58,165 bases of DNA, from contig JAQVWT010000002.1 in NCBI GenBank assembly GCA_028709545.1, positions 1 to 58,165 of the forward strand, given 5' to 3'. Under the pieces are notes generated by a model. The model made no database searches. It was not told the DNA's origin and was given only the letters and a program-made list of their open reading frames with translations. This DNA is from Bacilli bacterium (GTDB lineage Bacteria; Bacillota_I; Bacilli_A; RF39; UBA660). Numbering within the stretch: the first letter of the stretch is position 1; the number at the start of each line of letters is the position of its first letter. The translations under genes were made by a program, and so were the position numbers. Of this stretch, positions 57,673-58,165 are shown piece after piece.

Positions 57673-57710
57673 ATAATATTTACTTATAGTAATTAAAGTT
57701 TATCCGTCCA

Positions 57711-57749
57711 CACTCGAAAAAAAAACGAATTATCGTTTTTTATCGAGTG
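57711..57749. terminator. Long bidirectional hairpin terminator
   Basis: CACTCGAAAAAAAAACGA...TCGTTTTTTATCGAGTG, between convergent genes. Confidence 0.6.
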
Positions 57750-57833
57750 CAATATAAATTATTATTATATAGTATTAAAAAAACGCACCCCTAAGGATAC
57801 GCATTATATTTGATTTACAAATCGATTTTTAAA

Positions 57834-58165
57834 TTATTCATTACCTAATAACCAATCTAATACATTTATTTGTTTTATTCCGTTATGGGAAACTTTTGGA
57901 ACAATATCCATAGTTAATAAATATTTTGGATTATGATCTTTTATAGAATCTAAAGGCTTTAATTCTCTTTCTAGTGTTTCTTCTTCAATAACTGTGTACG
58001 CTACTTGATAGTATTCTGTACCATTATCACTAGTAGCAATAAAATCTACTTCTACATCATCAATTTTACCAATATAGATTTCATAACCACGTCTTTTTAA
58101 TTCTAAATAGACTATATTTTCTAATATATGACCAAAATCCACTTTTTTATCGCCAAGTAAATATT
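57834..58165 (-). CDS. AAA/DUF4143 ATPase paralog, C-terminal part (gene runs off the window edge)
   Basis: The C-terminal ~100 aa align with 28317..29516 (GHILENIVYLELKRRGYEIYIGK..EVDFIAT..YYQV). The frame stays open and homologous (YLLGDKKVDFGH) up to position 58165. Confidence 0.75.
   Translation of the reverse strand, partial: YLLGDKKVDFGHILENIVYLELKRRGYEIYIGKIDDVEVDFIATSDNGTEYYQVAYTVIEEETLERELKPLDSIKDHNPKYLLTMDIVPKVSHNGIKQINVLDWLLGNE

Overview
Strongly AT-rich chromosomal segment, coded almost entirely on the minus strand. It looks like a low-GC, endospore-forming Bacillota-type bacterium using the standard genetic code, because full-length DnaK, Lon and PBP1A read through without recoding. 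The backbone is Bacillus-like housekeeping synteny: yqfC-yqfD...ybeY-dgkA-cdd-era-yqzL-recO, rpsU, trx/cvpA, rnhC, holA, lepB, DEAD-box helicase, hrcA-grpE-dnaK-(pepF)-dnaJ with CIRCE operators, frr, lon, pdp, rimM-trmD-rplS, der, engB, recU-ponA, csp, cca-dnaD-nth. Sporulation genes are also present (spoVID/ysxE-like, spoIIIAH-like, gerE, gerM).

Four accessory modules interrupt this backbone.
1. 31.0-36.1 kb, between pdp and rplS: a diversity-generating retroelement (DGR). It has one template repeat, two variable repeats at the 3' ends of two paralogous surface-protein genes, an Avd gene, two small MutS-domain-I-like genes, and a reverse transcriptase that appears to have lost its YxDD catalytic box.
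2. 44.6-45.35 kb: a type III toxin-antitoxin / abortive-infection locus, with a ToxN/AbiQ-like toxin preceded by 3.2 tandem 37-nt repeats and a terminator.
3. 52.7-55.0 kb: a C39-peptidase ABC exporter followed by two unannotated double-glycine-leader peptides with GxxxG motifs, a candidate two-peptide bacteriocin.
4. 27.2-29.8 kb: a decayed islet with a KilA-N remnant and an AAA/DUF4143 ATPase gene bracketed by an 80-bp duplication of the pdp 3' end and terminator.

Other oddities: a zinc-ligand-less cdd paralog translationally coupled to cdd, a GDPD-like pseudoenzyme, an in-frame TAA in a surface-protein gene at the left edge, and scattered pseudopilin genes. All calls come from reading the sequence and translations by eye; no searches were run.
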